Source of the DNA: Nemertoderma westbladi
Taxonomy: Eukaryota > Animalia > Xenacoelomorpha
Assembly: GCA_032718475.1 (NCBI GenBank)
Contig: JAUCBJ010007040.1
Location: 1 to 64,000, forward strand
DNA length: 64,000 bases
Direction: 5' to 3'
In this document: one piece after another, positions 61,561-64,000 of the stretch
How the letters are laid out: every line of letters begins with the position of its first letter
Numbering within the stretch: the stretch's first letter is position 1
Program-made: the position numbers and the translations under genes
Notes under the pieces: generated by a model
What the model was told of the DNA's origin: nothing
Seen by the model: the letters and a program-made list of their open reading frames with translations, nothing else
Database searches by the model: none

Positions 61561-62059
61561 AAATTTCCCGTGCTCACCCAATTGGTGGGGCCTTACAACG
61601 GCTCAATTTAAGTGAGGGCCGTTAAACAAGGTGTTATCAGTCTCGTTCAGTGATAGCCTACATCTTATGTTATGCTTTGTTGGTATATTTTTGCAAACAT
61701 ACCCGCCGAAGTGCCAATTTTCCTAATTTATGAAATTTTGTCCGTTACTTTAATTATGATTCCAGAATTTCCTCCCCCCAGTTGCTATAATTTTTTAATT
61801 TTATAATTTTGATATTATTTTATATTCCCCCTCCCTGTGCTATTAATAACTGTCACCGGATTACTTACTTAAGTAACCCCTCTATTTGTATACAGAGAAG
61901 ACTAGCTATAATTTCATTACTGCGCTAGCTTCCTACCAGACAGCTTTCTGGCTCTGTAACAATAGCCTATACCTATGCTACGGACTGTGCGGTACAGTAG
62001 TCTATTTCGTGCAGCCTACACGGTCTATCCTGCTGTACCCACATGCCCCCCTCTTCCCT

Positions 62060-62600
62060 CCGTGGCGCTCTCAGTGCCCACAGGTTCTATGGTACTGTGT
62101 ACCCTACTACTACGGTATGCGTACATACCCCCCAATTCTTCACGTGGTGCCCTCAGTGCCCATAGGTTCTACAGTACTATGTACCCTACTACTATGGTAT
62201 GCGTTCATACGCCCCAATTCCTCATGTGGCGCCCTCAGTGCCCACAGGTTCTACGGTACCATGTACCCTACTACTATGGTATGCGTACATACCTCCCAAT
62301 TCCTCACGTGGCACCCTCAGTGTTCACAGGTTCTATGGTACTATGTACCCTACTACTATGGTATGCGTACATACCCCCCAATTCCTCACGTGGTGCCCTC
62401 AGTGCCCACAGGTTCTACGGTACCATGTACCCTACTACTATGGTATGCGCACATACCCCCCAATTCCTTACGTGGCACCCTCAGTGCCCACAGGCTCTAC
62501 GGTACTATGTACCCTACTACTATGGTATGCATACATACCCCCCAATTCCTCACGTGGCGCCCTCAGTGCCCACAGGTTCTACGGTACTGTGTACCCTACT
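62060..62600. repeat. 82-bp minisatellite, ~6.5 copies
   Basis: Unit ctcagtgcccacaggttctacggtactatgtaccctactactatggtatgcgtacataccccccaattcctcacgtggcgcc. Confidence 0.96.
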
Positions 62601-63107
62601 AATATCTACTATCTACACTAATAAGTACTTATTTTATTATTTTACTTGTTTATTATTTTTATTTTGTGTGCGGGAAGGGCGTCTCGCCCTCATTCCCACC
62701 CCCTCAGTCCAACAAATTGGATGACTAAACTCTAAGGCGACCCTTCCAATAGGCAACACTTTCCTACCACCCTCCTGTAGGTCTTCCTATCTTTGGCCCC
62801 TATCTTTCCTCCGATCTTCACTTCTACGGATCTAATTCTTCCATCTTTGTCCCCCCTCAGTCCAACTTATTGGACGACTCAACAACCTAAGGGCGATTCT
62901 TCTAGCAGGCAACTCTCCCACTGCACCCCTGTAGGTCCTCTTAATCTTCGCCCCACTCTCCTTGTCAATTCCAACTCTCTTGGGATTGACCTTCCTTTCT
63001 CATCCACCCTTAAATCGGGTCTTTCTGTCATCTCTTTCTATCGTGGTCCCCTGGCAGAAAAATGCCACCCTCCATCTTGTTGTCACTTGGTGGTAGAATG
63101 CCGCACT

Positions 63108-64000
63108 TCATGTCATCCTCACTGGTACATGCCACAGCTCTGCTGGCCTCCCCCTCAATATGTATACTCTGCCAGCCCCATGTGTGTATACAACACGCCT
63201 CCTGAAAACTTTCCTGCCTCCTTTGTCACGCTTCATTATCAGCTTCTCCGCCCTTGGTCTCATCTTCCCACATCCTCTCCCATTCCACCCTGTCCTCTTA
63301 CTCGACCTCCTTCCTATTGGTATGCTTCTCAACTGGACCAGTGTCTGCTCCAGACATCTCTCCAGATATCTCACCATCCACTCTTCTCCATCCTCATACC
63401 GATACTCGCCAGGTACATCTATGTTCCATCCCATCGCCTCTAGGTCCTCTGCGTCGAACCCATCCTCCTCCGCCCACTCTCTTGCTGTTGCTTCTCCTCC
63501 TGATTCATCTATCGGCGGTATTTTTCTGGACTTATCCTCCACCCTATCACCACGCTCCACTATGCGTGGTTCCAGATCCATACCCATCCCCGACTCGTGG
63601 TATCCTTCCCCGGGTCGCTCCTCACATGGGATCACCCCATCACCCGTCTTTGACTTCTCCTCTATCTCATCAACAGTACCGGAGAGCATGCATCCTGATG
63701 TTTTGGATACACCAAACGGTGTCCTCGTCTTAATGGGGCCAGTGAGCGTCCATCCAAATAGCGTGAGAATGGCCATCGGGTCTCGCTCCCTGTCATCGCC
63801 GAATATGGTCTGTAGTCTCTCGTGGGCTGTCGGGCAATCCATGCCGACTATGAGAGATATTTTCGTGACATTCAGTTTGGGTACGAAAAAATCGATGTCA
63901 TCCTGGTACCACTATTGCTCGACCTTGATCTTCGTGGGTCGCCTGGCGTTAAAATAAATCGATTCTATTATTTTGATGGGTTCGATGGTAGCCCCACAGT
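63108..64000 (-). pseudogene. BEL/Pao-like protease C-terminal region of an element extending beyond the window
   Basis: ISLIVGMDCPTAH...PMAILTLFGWTLTGP matches the BEL pattern LLIGxD...PxAxxTxxGWxxxGP also seen at ~27550-27680. No RT follows. Confidence 0.65.

Noticed and set aside
61886-62724. Three overlapping plus-strand ORFs of 140-249 aa
   Set aside because: Artefacts of the stop-free 82-bp tandem repeat; the peptides cycle through all three frames.

Overview
AT-rich, transposon-dense eukaryotic DNA, most likely from an invertebrate animal. Only two host coding features are clear: an intact intronless RPL3 ORF (9171-10370) and a single phase 1-1 exon encoding a fibrinogen C-terminal (FReD) domain (53185-53823). 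The centre of the window is a three-level nest. A CR1/L2-like LINE carrying a 2A-type DIETNPGP motif is split by a young 17.3-kb BEL/Pao-type LTR element (1199-bp LTRs, CTACC target-site duplication, TSD). That element's gag is interrupted after codon 12 by a very young Gypsy element (identical 302-bp LTRs, GTCTC TSD). The BEL-type element lacks RT, most of RNase H and integrase, has no canonical tRNA primer-binding site (PBS), and carries a hidden ~500-codon zinc-knuckle ORF3 that the ORF track splits into three pieces at two in-frame stops. Other elements are a CRE-like R2-superfamily retrotransposon with an N-terminal Ulp1/SENP protease, RTE elements (one 5'-truncated, one internally deleted with a ~59-bp TSD), two further decayed BEL-like elements, a small Helitron, MITE/TIR elements and several minisatellites. 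All family assignments come from motif recognition by eye; no database searches were run.
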